64,000 nucleotides of DNA from Phoronis australis (Eukaryota > Animalia > Phoronida), in the NCBI GenBank assembly GCA_002633005.1, contig NMRA01000531.1, forward strand, positions 1 to 64,000. Reading direction: 5' to 3'. Shown piece after piece: positions 36,601 to 51,600 of this stretch (the stretch's first letter is position 1; each line of letters begins with the position of its first letter). The notes under the pieces were generated by a model, which was not told the origin of the DNA, searched no databases, and worked only from the letters and a program-made list of their open reading frames with translations. Position numbers and translations under genes: made by a program.

Positions 36601-39600
36601 TGCGTTTACCAATTATTCTAAAGCAGGTTTGTGTGTGCGTGTGTGCATGTATACTTGATGTTTCATTAGTGCAATTGTTTGTTTATTTTTGTGAATAACT
36701 AACAAGAGCAACGCGGAGCGTTGAAATGCGCCCACGAATGCATCGCAAATGGTATGCTTTTAGAGTTCTTTATTTGTATCATCAAAATGGCCACTAGACG
36801 GCGCATAATATGTCGAATCCTGTCTGAAAACCAGAAAATGTCATCATTTCATTAAAAGAAAGCCATTTACCAAATTTCATTAAAATTCATCGAGGAACTT
36901 CAGAGAAACAGAGGAAGATGAAAAAAATGAAATTGCCACTAGGGGCACAGTGTTTGTGGGATCCGTCTAAAAGTTATCGTCTTCTCTTGTTAATTTCATA
37001 TAACTACACAAGCTAAATTTAATAAAGATCCTGCAGAGGGCTTAGAAGATACAAGTATGGGTGCAAAAAAAACCCCACCACTAGGAGGCACCACAGTAGT
37101 CGAAGTCATCGGAAATTACTTGTCAACCGTCCCCTTCATAGAAAGAACACACATGCCAACTTCCACAATCATCCTCAGAAAACAACAAAAATGGCCACTA
37201 GGTGGCGCAAAATACCTTAAATCAATCCGAAGATGAATGGCTAGCGTCACCTCACTAATACATGTCTATGTGCCAAATTTTATGGAAATCCGTTGAGGAC
37301 CTTTGACGATACGGAGGTAAACGTAAAAAACTATAATTGCCACTAGGGGGCACACCGGTAGACCGACCTGTCCGAAAGTCGCCGTCGTCTGTTGTCAACT
37401 TCATATAAATATATTTGCTCAATTTAATAAAGATCCTGTAGAGCATTTAGCAGATACAGCCACGGGCGTAAAAACAAACAAAACTGACACTAGGATGCGC
37501 CACAGTATTCGAAGTCATCAGAAATCATTGTCAACTGTCTTCTTCATAGTAAGAACATATGTGCCAATTTTCACAATCATCCTTCGAGTGGTTTCGTTGT
37601 TAGAGGGGCAGACGCCAAAAAAACGACTCGAAAATAGTAAAAATGGCCACTGGATGGCTCAAAATGCCTCAAATCCATCCGAAAACCAGAGGATAGCGTC
37701 AACTTATCAATAGATGCCTATGTGCCAAATTTCATGAAAATCGGTTTGAAAATACAGAGGTAAACGTAAAAAACTATAATTGTCACTAAGGGGCACAGCG
37801 GTATTCCACTCGGTCCGAAACTCGTCGCCCTCTGTCGTCAACCCTATAGGAACAAACCTACCACATTTCAATAAGATTCTGCAAGGGGTTTAGGAGATAT
37901 AGCCGCGGACGCCGGACAGAGATGACGGCAATATGCGACCACACATAAATATGTGGGTGGATAAAAATGAACATTTACAAAAGTCTCTGTTAGTTGTTAG
38001 TTTCAATACCAGACAACAGTGGTTTCCAAACCCAGAAACCAAAGTGTTAAAATTACTAGTTACAGTGCATGATAATGCAATTCATTTAAGCCAAGTGTGT
38101 TTTACAGGAGTAACATCATTGCTACTGTGGCAATTGCCCTGCTCCATACAAAAAGGAGCTTACCGTAGATCAGCGCTTCAAATATACAGGTTTCTTGATA
38201 ACAGCCGCATAGATCATGTGTTGCAGTAAGGAGAACTGATGATACTAGAGATTCACACAAAAATTAAATGACGATTTGGAAGTGCAACGTGCTGTGAAAC
38301 GGGCCAAATTTTTAATGATAAGCATGTGACAAAGTTTCTATGGAAGTGAAAAACAGTGTTTACAAAATTGCTTCCTTGTAGTTTGAATTCATGCTAGCAA
38401 CTTACAGCTGAAACTGGGCGGGAGCCTCTGAAGACAGTACTAAGGCCAAGTCTAGCAGTTTACAGGCTGCAAGGTACAACTGGAGCCAGGTGGGGTTAGT
38501 GAGCGCGCTCAGACCATTGCCATGCACCCAGCTGGTGTCCAGGGCAGTAAGACGCTGGATCTGGGACCTGCAATGACAACATGTTGGTCACAGTCACATT
38601 GACTTTACAGTAAAGTCCTGCCAATTTTGGACAAAAGAGTTCCCAAAATTTCCCTTTTTATTTTCCAACGTCTTCCAACATTGTTGTGAGTCCCACAGTT
38701 CTTTGAAATATTTTACAATCGTAGCTATGATACAGAACTTGAACATGGCAAAGCATTAATCTGATGTTACATACTTTTATGAAAAAAAAACAAGAGAACA
38801 TAAAAACTTCCCTTGTCCGCCATATTGTGTCCGAAATTAATAAGACTTTACCATGAGTTACTCCTCCATTTTGTTGGCGTCCGGTGAGTGGTAAGTAACA
38901 AGTTGAACTAACAAAGATTTGAAGTTTCTAAAGTGATGTAACAATATTTGCAGCAAATAACCACAAAATATCATAATTATTTCCTCACTGTTAGACAATC
39001 AAACACGATGAAAACAGAAATGTTGATTTCCACACGATGTTTCCTAGTATGCTACTCCTACACCCAGAATTTTAAGCGATTATAACTGTCAACAGCCAAC
39101 GTCATGTTAGTTTCAACCAATGTAACAATGGCAACTCTGTATTTGTTCTTGTGAAAATAAAGACAAAAGTAATATGGAAAGACAAATTGTTAATGAATTA
39201 CATGAGCCATACTAACTGAGTGTAGCCACATACAACAGTTCTCCACTTAATACATATCACATTCCGACAAATTCCTCCATAAAAACAAACATTAGGAAAA
39301 TTGCATTTACTACGCAAGCCAACACTTATGTGCCAGCCAACTAAGGCGACGTCTTACATGAAAATGAGAAAATTGTCGTCTATGGTTTGTACAATGAAGA
39401 TATCACAACACCACTTTTTATAAAATTTTTCCTCCACAATTAAAGTAATCAGCCTTTGAAAACGGAAAAATGACAAATTTGCCAAATATTTTGGTGCAAA
39501 ATAAGCGGAGATTTACCATAATCAGAAGCACTACAAAAAGCCAAAATAGGAACAACTTTAGCCAGAACACCGTTTCAAACATTCCATTAAATTATTGTGT

Positions 39601-42600
39601 GACACTGCTTTCCTTCAACAAGTCATATCAATGAGCTGTAGAAGCTCTCTCCCTCATTTGTCTTCACATTGCTACAGCAACCCTAACAAATGACTTGTCT
39701 CATGTTACTGCTGCTTTTGTCAATCAGGGAATGGTGATCTAGTCATAAAAGGGTTACTTCCTGATGTTATTTGGGCTGTGTTGTTGTGTACACCAAGTAC
39801 AATTACACATTAATCAGACAGGCAAGTGCTTCACAAGTATACTTATGTAATCTAGCAATATGACAGCCATTTAAGCCATTGTGGGTACCCTGGGTGGAGT
39901 TGAAAAGTTGAATGATGGCATTGAACTCCTTAACTATGGGATACAATTCACTGTTTTCATTCTATAAGCAAGAATTATTTGGCACAAATGCAAGCTGTCT
40001 TGAATCTGTGAAACATAGGCCAAGCCTTACCACTTTGAAGTGGTAAATAAAGGACACTTTTGGTTCTAACAATGAGTAGAGGAGCCAAGGTTAAACCTAT
40101 AAGCACAAGCACTAAAAGAGTATCTCCAGGCAAGCAGGGGTTTCACAACAGCTGGAGGTGGTGAGGCAGAAGGGAACATAAAGGATTACTTGCCCTTTGC
40201 TCACCTACTAAAACTAAAACTCAAAGCTGGACTGCATTCCAAGGCTCGAGGTAATCGAGAAAAAAGCTAATGAGATGACGTGCTTCGCTTGTCATGCATT
40301 GTGTTATCTCATGAAACCTTGTGTGATCTTGTGTTTTTCTGACTTTGTTGAATCTACAGAACCCATGCAGGTCCCTCAAACAAAGAATCAAAGTTAAACT
40401 TGTCCATATTATGACGGAAAGAAGTTTCATACCCCAAAAGACCACTCAAACAATTAGAATTAAACAATGCTACCAGTTGAAGCAGAGGTATGTATTGTAG
40501 CGATCCCAAGTTGACCTTTTAATTTGGTTTGAAGGCAGAAACCATTTACTATTATGGTGGGAAAGAGTTGACACCAGTTTTAAAAATTAATCAGCTCAGT
40601 TCACAAGTTCCATTTATATGCCTTAAGTAAGAAGGAAAACTCTCTTAAAGAGGTGAATAAGACCACACACAAATGGATCTATGAAAAGGTTTTATACTAG
40701 TAAGAAGAACAAAATTAAAAAGAAAAATAAGACATCTGTAGGAGCTTACGGGTATTCCTGAACAGCTTATCCAATTTTATTATCGGTGAAGAAAACAAAC
40801 AGTCCATAAAACAAGTCAATGACAAAAACAGTCCATAAAACAAGTCAATGACAAAAACAGTCCATAAAACAAGTCAATGACAAAAACAGTCCATAAAACA
40901 AGTCAATGACAAAAACAGTCCATAAAACAAGTCAATGACAAAAACAGTCCATAAAACAAGTCAATGACAAAAAACTCAAATTTCTAAGTTGTTCACACAT
41001 TGGTATCAGCAAGCCAAATGAGTCAAGTATAACAAAGGAGAAGAAAACTATCATTACGCTCATTTTTGTGCATTCTTGCGAATCTGCTGTCAACTCCAGT
41101 GAAAAAGGCACAGTACAGAATGTATGAACCAGAACCGACTTTCTTTGCTAGTCTACAAAATAATGAATAACCTTTGGACTGTTTTATGTTGCCAGAACTC
41201 TTGAGGACTTGTCAGTGGCAGCCACGAAAGCTTTAAATTGAAGAATAAATATTCAACAAGGCAGCGATATGTAACAAGTTGAACATAGTCAATGTTCTCC
41301 CTATTCAAACACCATGCATTTCTAATATTATATAAAGAGTTCTGCGTCATGTTCAGATATCTTGAAAAGCTCTGAGCCACATTTAAAATATTGATCCAAC
41401 TTTGTAAAACCAAGGTAAATGATCGGTAGTTTTACAAAGCGGTATTTATTTTTATTCTCTCACAGTAAAAATAAGTCTAGAGTAAAATAGTGAAAACATG
41501 TAACTATTAACAGCTGTTTCTATGATGCACAAAAATTTCCACCAGGTTTGATATTTTCCATGTGAGACCCGTGATATAACTTAATGTGAACAAACCTCAA
41601 GCAGGAGAATGCACAAGACTAGCCGACAGGAAGTGATGTCTACATACAATGTGGACATCACATCATGCTAAGCACGGTGTAAGAGGGAGGTAGAAAACAG
41701 CATTTTCCCATATACTGATTATATACTGAAATGAGGTGCTTGCTAGATGGCCAACGAGTACTTTGTGACCTAACACTCAGTGCAACATTCAGTTCAAAAA
41801 TGACTTAGATTGAGATTTGAAAGCAGTGGGATTTTATAGCACTTTTGCTAATTAAATTCTTTGTCGTCACCATTCAGTCAAATTACCGCTGTTGTGCAGT
41901 ACGGTGAGTAAAGCACTCGAGTAATACTTGCAGCGTCGGAGAGGCCATAATTGAAAGAAGTTGCATTTTATCTCCACTAGAATTTATAACTTGGCCTAGC
42001 AATACTTAAACTCTTACAATGGGTTTCATACTATGTGATGTCTAGAGGACAACTTTTTGAACACAGCTAACAGGAGAACACAGTTGGATTGAACTGACAG
42101 TAACACAACATGCAAAGCTTGATTGGTATCTATCGCCACAATTCATCATCTTGAACATGTATGTTTTGACACTGAAGGACTAACCGTCACATAGGATAAC
42201 AGGTATGCACAACACAGTTAGGTACAAAAGGTATTTTTGACAAACTACCGACAGAGGGCACAATTAATTATTAGATCAGCTATCAAATAAAAATGTAACT
42301 CTGAAACAAAGAGCAAAATTATCAAATTGATAACATTCCTAAAGTGAGTAATACGCTAATAAGCAGAGCAGAAAGCCATTAGCTGATTTTCATCTTAAAA
42401 GATAACATTTTAAATCTTGCAGTTGCTATGACAACACAGTCACCTATAGTAAGCACAATATGCCTAGTATGTCATCCAACAGTCACATGCAGGTATAATG
42501 GAGATGCTGTCTTTACCTGTGTTGAAGAACTTTGCCACACCTTTCCCCATGAAAAAGAGGCAGAAAGAGGGAAAGGAACAAACAAACAGAAAAGAAATGA

Positions 42601-45600
42601 AATATTTTAGCGAGTTAAGTTTTTTTCAACCTAAAATAAAAAAATAGTTCAATCCACCCAAGAAGCAACTGACACAGCTAAAAATATTCATTGCTTAGAT
42701 TTGCTGACATGAATCAGCACACTTGCTCAACATTCGACTATGATGACAAAACTTAGAGAGAGAGCCCCAAAGACCCTGTTGGACTCGGTCAAAGGACAGT
42801 TTGATCAGTTCAGAGGATTAAGTGCTTATTGGTAGTGAACTTGCTGTAGTTATTCAGTGGATTGGTCACCCGCCTGTTTCATGAAAGTGACTTATTTAAG
42901 TCACACGTTTGGTCTTACACTCAACACAGCTATTTCTGAGCAAAAGTGCAAAGTCTATGGAAATACAACATACCTACTACATACTGGGATAATTTGAATG
43001 AATGATTTGTAGACTGTGATGCCCTCATAATTATTTGGCTAAAACTTCATTATACAATTGTGCTGTGGGAGCGTAAGACCACATTTAAGTCTTAGGTGTT
43101 GAGTCACTTATTGTGACACAGACCTCAGGTGAACACCAATAAGTTGTGATGCAATAAACGTTTAGCTTACTTAGAATTAATCAACAAACACTTTCTTGAA
43201 GCTTCTATAAACCATGCTCTAGAGACAAAAATAACATTCTTCACAAGCGTACTAAAGACTAGCTTGAATTGAAAGCTGCTACAATATAATGCCTGGAATT
43301 TCCGTGATGACTACACTGTTCAGCAACAGAAATTAGACCTCCATGACAAGCAATCACCAAAAACCACCATGTCCAGCTCTTCTTAATATAGAAAACATTT
43401 CTAATTTTATTAAGAAACAAGGCGAGACCTATTTTATCATGGAAAGCAGCGTAAATACTGGAAAGTTGTTTTTGACAGAAGGCACAGGTTTGTTGCCCCT
43501 TAAATCAAATGAGGGTCAGATCTTGGCTATGTTGGTAATCACCCTTGTGAAATTCTTGGTCGACTTAAACAGCTTGAGTTTATTGTTAGACACATTTACT
43601 TACTTAGGGTCATCCCCATCCACAGTTAACTCCTGCTCAATCTGAAGTAGTACGTGGACCTGGAACATGTATAATGAATGTGCATTCTCACGAATGAGAC
43701 AAAAAGTAGGCTTATGACATGGGACTAATGACTTTTATTGCACTAGGGCAGACAAGGGGTCAACTTCACTTTTTGAAAAATTTCTTACTGTAGCCCAATA
43801 CTGCGAAGCAGTACATTATTCCTAAAAGCATTATTAGCACAAGCTCCATCTAGTGGCTGGTCACAGAACCAGACAATAGACAGATGGCCATACTACTTTC
43901 AGTGTGTGAACAGGTGCCTGGGAATTCCAACTTCAAGTTCATCGATAGCAAACTCTGAATTCATTGCAAGCCATAAATTAAAGCAATTATATTATGTTAC
44001 AATTGCATCAGCGCTCCCACTGGGACAATACAATTATCAAAGCGCGTTGATATGTCTTCGAATTGATAGCATGCAACGCTAGAATCACCACGATAGCAAG
44101 AGCTTAGTACTTATTAGTGCACAAAGTGTTTACAGAGAAAAAAAGAATAATTTGAAATAAATGTTCCTTCATCCCTAGAACCATATGGGGGGGAATATAG
44201 CCCCCCACTTATTTCAGTGCTGTGCCATCATGATAAGGCAAGCTAGAAACTCATCATGTCTTCATGCCAAATGACTTTCAAACAAATGAACCTTAACTGA
44301 GAACATGACCTTTCACAATATTGAGCCTTCATATTATTAAAAGACTGTAACCACTTAAAAACTAGCTTTATACTATTTCTATCATTGATCACTGATGACA
44401 AAACAAGGAAATAATCGTAAAATGGCCAAACACCAACTTAAAGATCCAAGGAAATGCCTCACATCTCCGAGAAGGTATGGTAGTTGATTAGCTTAGTTAC
44501 ACATCACGTACCATTTCTGTAATGATGGTGGGCCAGAGGGCGACAAGATTCTTGGGCGAGACTCTCAGGATGAGAACACGGAAACACAGGAAGACTTGGG
44601 CCTGCACCACTGGTACCTGGGGTAGGCGAAGACTCTCAGCGAGGCGCTCTGTTGGACAACAGCAAAACAATTAAGGAGGCATTTTAGACAAAGTTCTGGA
44701 CATCAAGATTCGAGTCGCAGACACTAGACATGCCACCAAGCATTCTAGTGCTAACGTGATAATTATGTTCAATTTCATTGCAGCGTTTTTGTCGTTCAGT
44801 AACTTTTCCAGACGTGAGGAGTGCTGAACTGGTGCGATAACATCTGGCTCTTTTTCTAACTGCCGAGCTCAGTCTTTTGTCCCGTATGACAATAAGCAGG
44901 CCAATTATCTCTCAGGCTTCAAAGGAAACGTATGGTGGTTGCACGCTATTACCGAACGCATATGAACACAATCAAACCCAGCGCGTTGGTAATCTGTTTG
45001 GACAGAATAGATTGTTTTAACTTCTGTCTCTTGTAGTTGGGCGATTTTGGTGATTCAAAAACGGATATGGTCAGCATGAGGAATTCAGAAATGCTATTGG
45101 TTTAAGCTCAAATATGTTATAACTTAACTTTCATTTTTATCAGCCCAGCCCAGTCAGGCTAGATACGATCTGATCGGAGATTAGAGCAATTATCAAACAA
45201 AAGAGCGCAGGCCCTCCAACCATAAATGCCAGAATGGAGTTAATCAGTCGTGTAAGATATTGGCTACCGGGGGGGAAACTTCCCAACTTGTTGTTGGGCT
45301 ACAGAATCGAATAAGTTGGGAGCAACGGGATGTCGCTGTCATATTACATTGCTTTCTCGTTTGTTGGTTATAACCTGTGCATTGCATTTAACCAAAAAGG
45401 GCAAAATAATGACACGGTCACCAAATGCAGGTTCAACTGAAGCCCAATGAGAATTATTTACCATATATGCCAACATCTAGGTCCCAGTGCCTGTATGTAA
45501 GCATGCCCCTATATTTGAATCTTACAGGCACATGAATAAAACAAAGAAACAACTCTAACAGCATGTAAGTGCAATCTGGATCGATTTATGACAAATTTTG

Positions 45601-48600
45601 ACATGTTACTAATTGGAAATTCAAACTTATGACTAAATAAAAGACACATTAACAGGTTTAATTTTTGAACTCGAAATCAAACTTAGAGTTGACATTGTAG
45701 ACTCCGGTGACTCAAAGTCGTGAATAAAAGCATAAAAAGCAGCTGATTGTCCTACTACCCAATGTCCGTTAGCAACTGCTCATGTCAGATGTCATGAACA
45801 TGTATCAGCCTTCACAAATATACGTGTTTTTCCAGTCTTAACTCGTGTTTGTCTCCGTTAGCAGAGTTTTGAAACAGTCGCTCATATCGCCAGCCATTTT
45901 GAATATGGCCCTAAAGTCATGACCGTTTCGTTTAGGCGGAAATGAACAAAGTAAGGACACACAAATCAACTACAGTGCTTACAGTTACTGTAGACGAAAT
46001 AAAAACGAACTGCATTGTTTATTAATTCAGTTTCAATTGAAATAAATTATTAGGTGTTTTGCACCCAATTCCAATGTGCACAGACATTTTCAATGAGGAT
46101 GTTTACGCAAAACGTTAAGAACCCAGCTTCAATTATCTCTCTGTATTTTATTGCTTTGGCTTTACAAAACTTGATCGACCCTGGGACATTTTGATACATT
46201 GTTCAAGCTACCCCTGGAGCGCGTTTGAGCAAATCTGAACTATGTATATTTTTGAAGATATATTCTGAAAATGCACAAAAGTGGATTTAGTAAAATTTGC
46301 TGCTTTTAAGAAACATTTGAAAAAAGAAGCCACCCCCTCACTGTTTATTATCATATTGTGAATATCAACATGTTCGGGTATTCGTTTGACATTCGTAAGC
46401 AGACGAACGCTGGAAATTAAAACGCCAGATGTCTTGGGACCGTGCAGAAGAGGAAATAAGATCGTTCACGACTTTAGGGCACTCACGACTTTAGGACCTC
46501 CTACGGTATGTCCTGCTTTTAGTAACAGCATAAATAAGTGTCTATTATTCTAAGCTCGAGTACTTTTACGCTTACGCAGGTAAGTTTCTAGTTCAAATTT
46601 GGAAGTGATGATCCCTGGATTTGAGCTACGAACTTGAATAAAAAGTTATAGCTTTATGCTGGGGTCATCCAGAGCAAACTAGGATTAGTCATCCCTCTAA
46701 ACCATAACACAGGAGTACAAAATTATGGACACTTATTTTGAGTTTGCAATAAAGTAGAAAGGAAAAGCCATAAATAATTATTTCAACTTTCATTTTGAGT
46801 AGACCGCAGGCCCAGGTTTAACACTTATGTAACAGTGGCATTAACCTCTCCCTATGACTGAAGCAGAACACTTGAGTAACAACAACCATTTGAACAAGAG
46901 CAATGCTGGGGTGTTGACATGCAACCACTGTGCATCACTAGGGGTCAAGGTAAGGTAAAATAAGGCTACTTAACCAATTTCACCACAATGTGTAGCTGCA
47001 GTTAGTTGACATGTGCCCACAATGCATAGCAAACGGTATGCTTCTGGTGTGCTTACAAAATTCATGAAATACAATGATACAATCTGATCACTGGTGATAG
47101 GCACAAACATGACAGATGAGACTAGTTCAGAGTGTATGATCCAAAATTTGGAGTCAGAATTTTGCACTTCCACCTACCTTGGATGTCGGGCAACGATTTG
47201 TCAAACTGATCTGGGTTACTGCAGAAGATGACAAATGAAAGCCTCTTCAGGAGCTGTGCCCGCTGTTCAAACTCTGCCTCACGATTACTGAACAGGTTGA
47301 GTGAGGTGCCACTTGGCGCCAGGGCAACGCGACCTGAAAGAGTCTCATTTTGTACCTACTAAGGTGATGTGTAGCTTGATTTCTGAAGAGATGGATAATT
47401 CATAAAAATGAGACACAACAGGTAGTTACAACACAATTATTGTTTACCATATGGAATGTTACAAAAAAGCTAGTATTTCAAGGAATTGGTATAAGGTTAT
47501 GTAGGACCTTACCAACAAGCAAAATCCATACGAATAATTTGTTGATCCAAAAATGCACAGCTGTGGGTGTGTCGCACAACGCAAACGCTGTGTGTCAAAA
47601 GTGGCTGAATCACATTTGCATTGATTTTATTAACTATTTCTGGCACCCTTGGTCAAGTGAAATGATTAACTTTTATGTACAGGATCTGAGATCAAAGACC
47701 AGCAGACATCTTGGTATTTACGCACCTTTGTCAGAAAGAAAAAGGAAAGGAACATAGTTTACTCGGAGTGGTGGACATTTTCGGAACTCACTGTGTCAAA
47801 TGTTTGGCTGCTATTTTCATTATGATTTCATGTTTACAGAAATTGACTGAAAAAGTTCCAAAATGTATTTTATGTTAAAGTAAAATATGTGAAATTGACC
47901 AAAAGTACCTTAAAGCAGGTAATTTTCAGCTTTAACAGATGCAATAATTTCAGTGACTCAGTTGTAATAGGTTGTCCTAACGTACAGACTTTTACAATAA
48001 TGAGTTTTCAGCAATGAGACAAACATCATTAATTCACTAAACACCAAAAATCAAATAATGGTGTGAAAATTAGGCATTCAACACATTCATCAAATAATAG
48101 TGTGAAAATTAGGCATTCAACACACTCATCAAATAATGGTGTGAAAATTAGGCATTCAACACACTCATCAAATAATGGTGTGAAAATTAGGCATTCAACA
48201 CACTCATCAAATAATGGTGTGAAAATTAGGCATTCAACACACTCATCAAATAATGGTGTGACAATTAGGCATTCAACACACTCATCAAATAATGGTGTGA
48301 AAATTAGGCATTCAACACACTCATCAAGTCCTTGAATGTCGTCTTATCCTGCGTCATCAGATTGTCAATGACGACACGCCACGCCCTCAAACTAACTGCG
48401 TCCATCTGGAAGAAGCTAGGGTCAAGGTAGAGGTCAAACGCTTCCTTTTTCCACGCTTTCCGAGTGTAAATATACCCACTGAGTGAAGACAGGATCTGAG
48501 AACAGGCGCGATAACTCGCCAGATTATGTAAACTGAAAAAAGAAAAGGCATGACTGAAAGACCCGAGTCTTTAGCTGCTCAAGATAGGTCACAATGGTCT

Positions 48601-51600
48601 AATGCATTAAAACTAAGCTGATACACAAGCAAAGGTCATGCAGCATAACTTTTAGAACTCAATCAGCACATTTTGTGTTTTGATAAATAAACACATGAGC
48701 AAATACACTAAAATTTGCATACCGGTATTAAATTGGATACATTCGGAACAAGAGAATTAGTTTGAAACGAAATCATATTTCTCTGAAGGTGCCAATAAAT
48801 GGAGTGCAACAAAGTAACTAAAAGGACATTGTTTATGCAAAGCAAAAGACTAAAGTGATCACATTGAAAATGTCACAGTCATTCAAATCATGTACCAGGG
48901 CTTCATTGAGAATGACTTTTAAGTTGGAGTATCATCAAAAACACTGCACAGCAACAAACTCCATGCTTGAGCATGACACAAGTCACAGTTGAGAGATACC
49001 ATACAACTTGGGACCAAAGGGAAAATAGTTAACAACAGATATCAATCCTTTTGCCCAGGTTTTGCCCGTCTTAATTAAATTGGTGAACCCAACAAACAGG
49101 ACTTCAAAATCTTAAGTATGGTAAATTCCATTGGCAAGATTTTAAATTTTTAGGTGTACACATTCTACATAACTCAATTTTACAAGACGTAACATTTAAC
49201 TTTCAGATTAAGAGATATGTGAACTAACCTGTGAGTTTTCAAGTATGGGAAGATATTGTACATGACAGATGTTGTCAAGAATGTAACCATTTTCTCCTTC
49301 TCGTCGCTCCCATAAATCATATCCAGTAAGGAAGCTATGACCTCGGCTAATAGGTTCAATGCCTGCACACTGTACTGACAATTAATGTTTTTACTTTCTG
49401 TGCTGACAGGTTGCTCAGGATAGCCGTTAGCCCCTGCAAACATGAAATACACTCTTTACTGTCCGTTGTTCAAATTTATTTTCCAACAAAACAAACATGG
49501 TTTAATCACAGACCATAATGAGAACGCACAGTAGTTGGACCTGTTTGAAAATCCATTTCAGTCATGCTCTTGTCAGTAGGGACACATCTGTCAATTTTCA
49601 TAATGATCCTCAGCGCGGATTTGCAAATACAAAAGCAGATGACAAAAGCAAACTAAAAAATAATTAAAATGGCCACTAGTTGGTGTAGAATCCATCGAAT
49701 CTATTAAAAAAGTAACAGTACTGTTGTCTTCATAACACAAATTTGTTTACACCCATTTTCATGAAAAAGCATCAAGGAACTCTGAAGCTCCAGAGGCAAA
49801 CAAAAAATAAAATTGCCTCTGGGAAGCACAGCTGTAGTTGGATTGGTCTGAAACTGGTCGTCATCTGTTGCTATCTCCTTAGGAACACACCTGCTAAATT
49901 TCAGAAACATCTTGTAAAGGGTAAAGGAGATAAAGCCGTGAAAGCAAACAATAAAATTGCCACTGGGGGGTATCAGAGTAGCCGAACATGTCCGAAAATC
50001 AATGTCAGGCTCAGTCTTCTCATCAGGAACTCATCTCCAAATTTAAATAGTGATCCTTTGGTGGATGCAGAGAGTGATGCCAAAAACGTACTCAACAGTT
50101 TTAAAATGAACACCGAGTGACGCGTCATCTTCTTAATACAAAGCAAAATTTCATGATAATCAAAACAGCCACAAGACGTCGAATCTATGTTGTACTTCAA
50201 TACTGAGACCACTACTACATCATTTGCTGGCGTGCTATCATTGACCCTTAGACATTAGTAACTCACAGCTATTTCAAGAACGGTAATTTGTAGCGAGAAA
50301 TGGAAGGCAAACTCCAGGAATCCCTTGACACATGTTGTATTTGAATGTCATGTTGATTGGATGAAAAAGGCGACCTGTAGCATGCATGCAAAAAACTTAC
50401 AAAAACTTCACGGAAAAGTAACATACTTGGAGAAATTTCATTTCATTTCACCAAGAAATTTCATTTTGCCAAGTAATAAAATGGTGTTGCAACAATTGAC
50501 CTTACATATTCCAATTTTGCCAAACCAGTGTGCTATTACCAGCACACACAGGGTATGCAAATGGGCAATAGAGAACAAATTTGAACAACCCCTCATGACA
50601 ATCCCAATGCTGGCATCCAGGCACAAAGTAAGGCAAAGAAGATTTACATTACAAAAGTATAATTTCAACAAAAAATGTCATAAGTACTAACTAGTTTAAA
50701 TCACATTGCTACATCTCAAGGCAGATATTATCTCAAGCGAGCAAATAGGATCCTTAAGCTGTAAAAATGTAATTGCTGTATCAGGAACCCCTGTCAATGC
50801 TTCGAGTTTCGAGTCGAATATTGGCCCCATTCCCTCTCTGAAAAATATTTAAAAATCACCAGAAATTCCCCTCATCAGAATCAATAATTCCCCTCAACTA
50901 ATAATAGTTAGAATCTCTTTATACTCACACTGTGGTCCGATCCAAGCAGTGTATAATGAACGGCTTGTAACGAGCACAAAACGAGGCAGAGTGAGAGGTG
51001 ATAGGGGCCGGGGTTGATGGAGACAGGAGAGTGAGAAATTTTACCCTGACCTAAAAAAATCCCTGTTTAAGAAGCAAAGGCAGCCTTCTCAACAGGCGAG
51101 CGATAGCCCTGCCTGCCTTCCACACAAAACCCTGCTGCTAACCTTCATAGGATTCATCCTCTACGCTACCATCAAGCACTCCGTGAACCCGTGGCTTGAC
51201 TGCAAGGTTTTTCCTCAGCCAGGTAGTTGGTTCCAGGGACGATCCAGCAATAGTGCTGCAAGCCTCTAACAATTTCTGAGTGATATCTTGCAGGTCTTTT
51301 TGATCCTTCCTGTCTTCCAGTGTAGATGCTTTGTTGACAAAAAGGTTAAGAATTCTGTTGGAACAAGGCAAAGTCGCCTTCAGACAAAATGTGTGGGAAA
51401 AGTTTACGGGAGATAAAGTGAAGCATAATTAATATGATAAAGGAGTATGAGAGAAAACATAAAACCAAATCAAAAAGTATTTAATGACAAGCCTCATGTG
51501 AGTGAAACTGGCACTTTGTCATCAAAGGTAAGTAAACACTAGTATGGTCAACGTAGTTATTACTAGCCCAAGATCGCAAACTCAAGTAAAAACTTGAGAT

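Noticed and set aside
38165-38235. Cryptic exon with a GTAAGC donor in a DOP1 intron
   Set aside because: It has an in-frame stop and a weak acceptor, and the flanking exons already join in phase.
40750-40757. Possible 8-nt microexon (cag|GAATACCC|gtaagc, minus strand)
   Set aside because: It shifts the frame and lacks an adjacent pyrimidine tract, so it is probably chance.
40797-40975. 29-bp direct repeats as a possible CRISPR array
   Set aside because: Units are head-to-tail with no spacers, in a eukaryotic intron with no cas genes. The same applies to 48053-48327.
48063-48335. Repetitive ORF ([13 protein letters not shown])n
   Set aside because: It is a by-product of the 39-bp minisatellite, antisense to a DOP1 intron, and has no ATG start.
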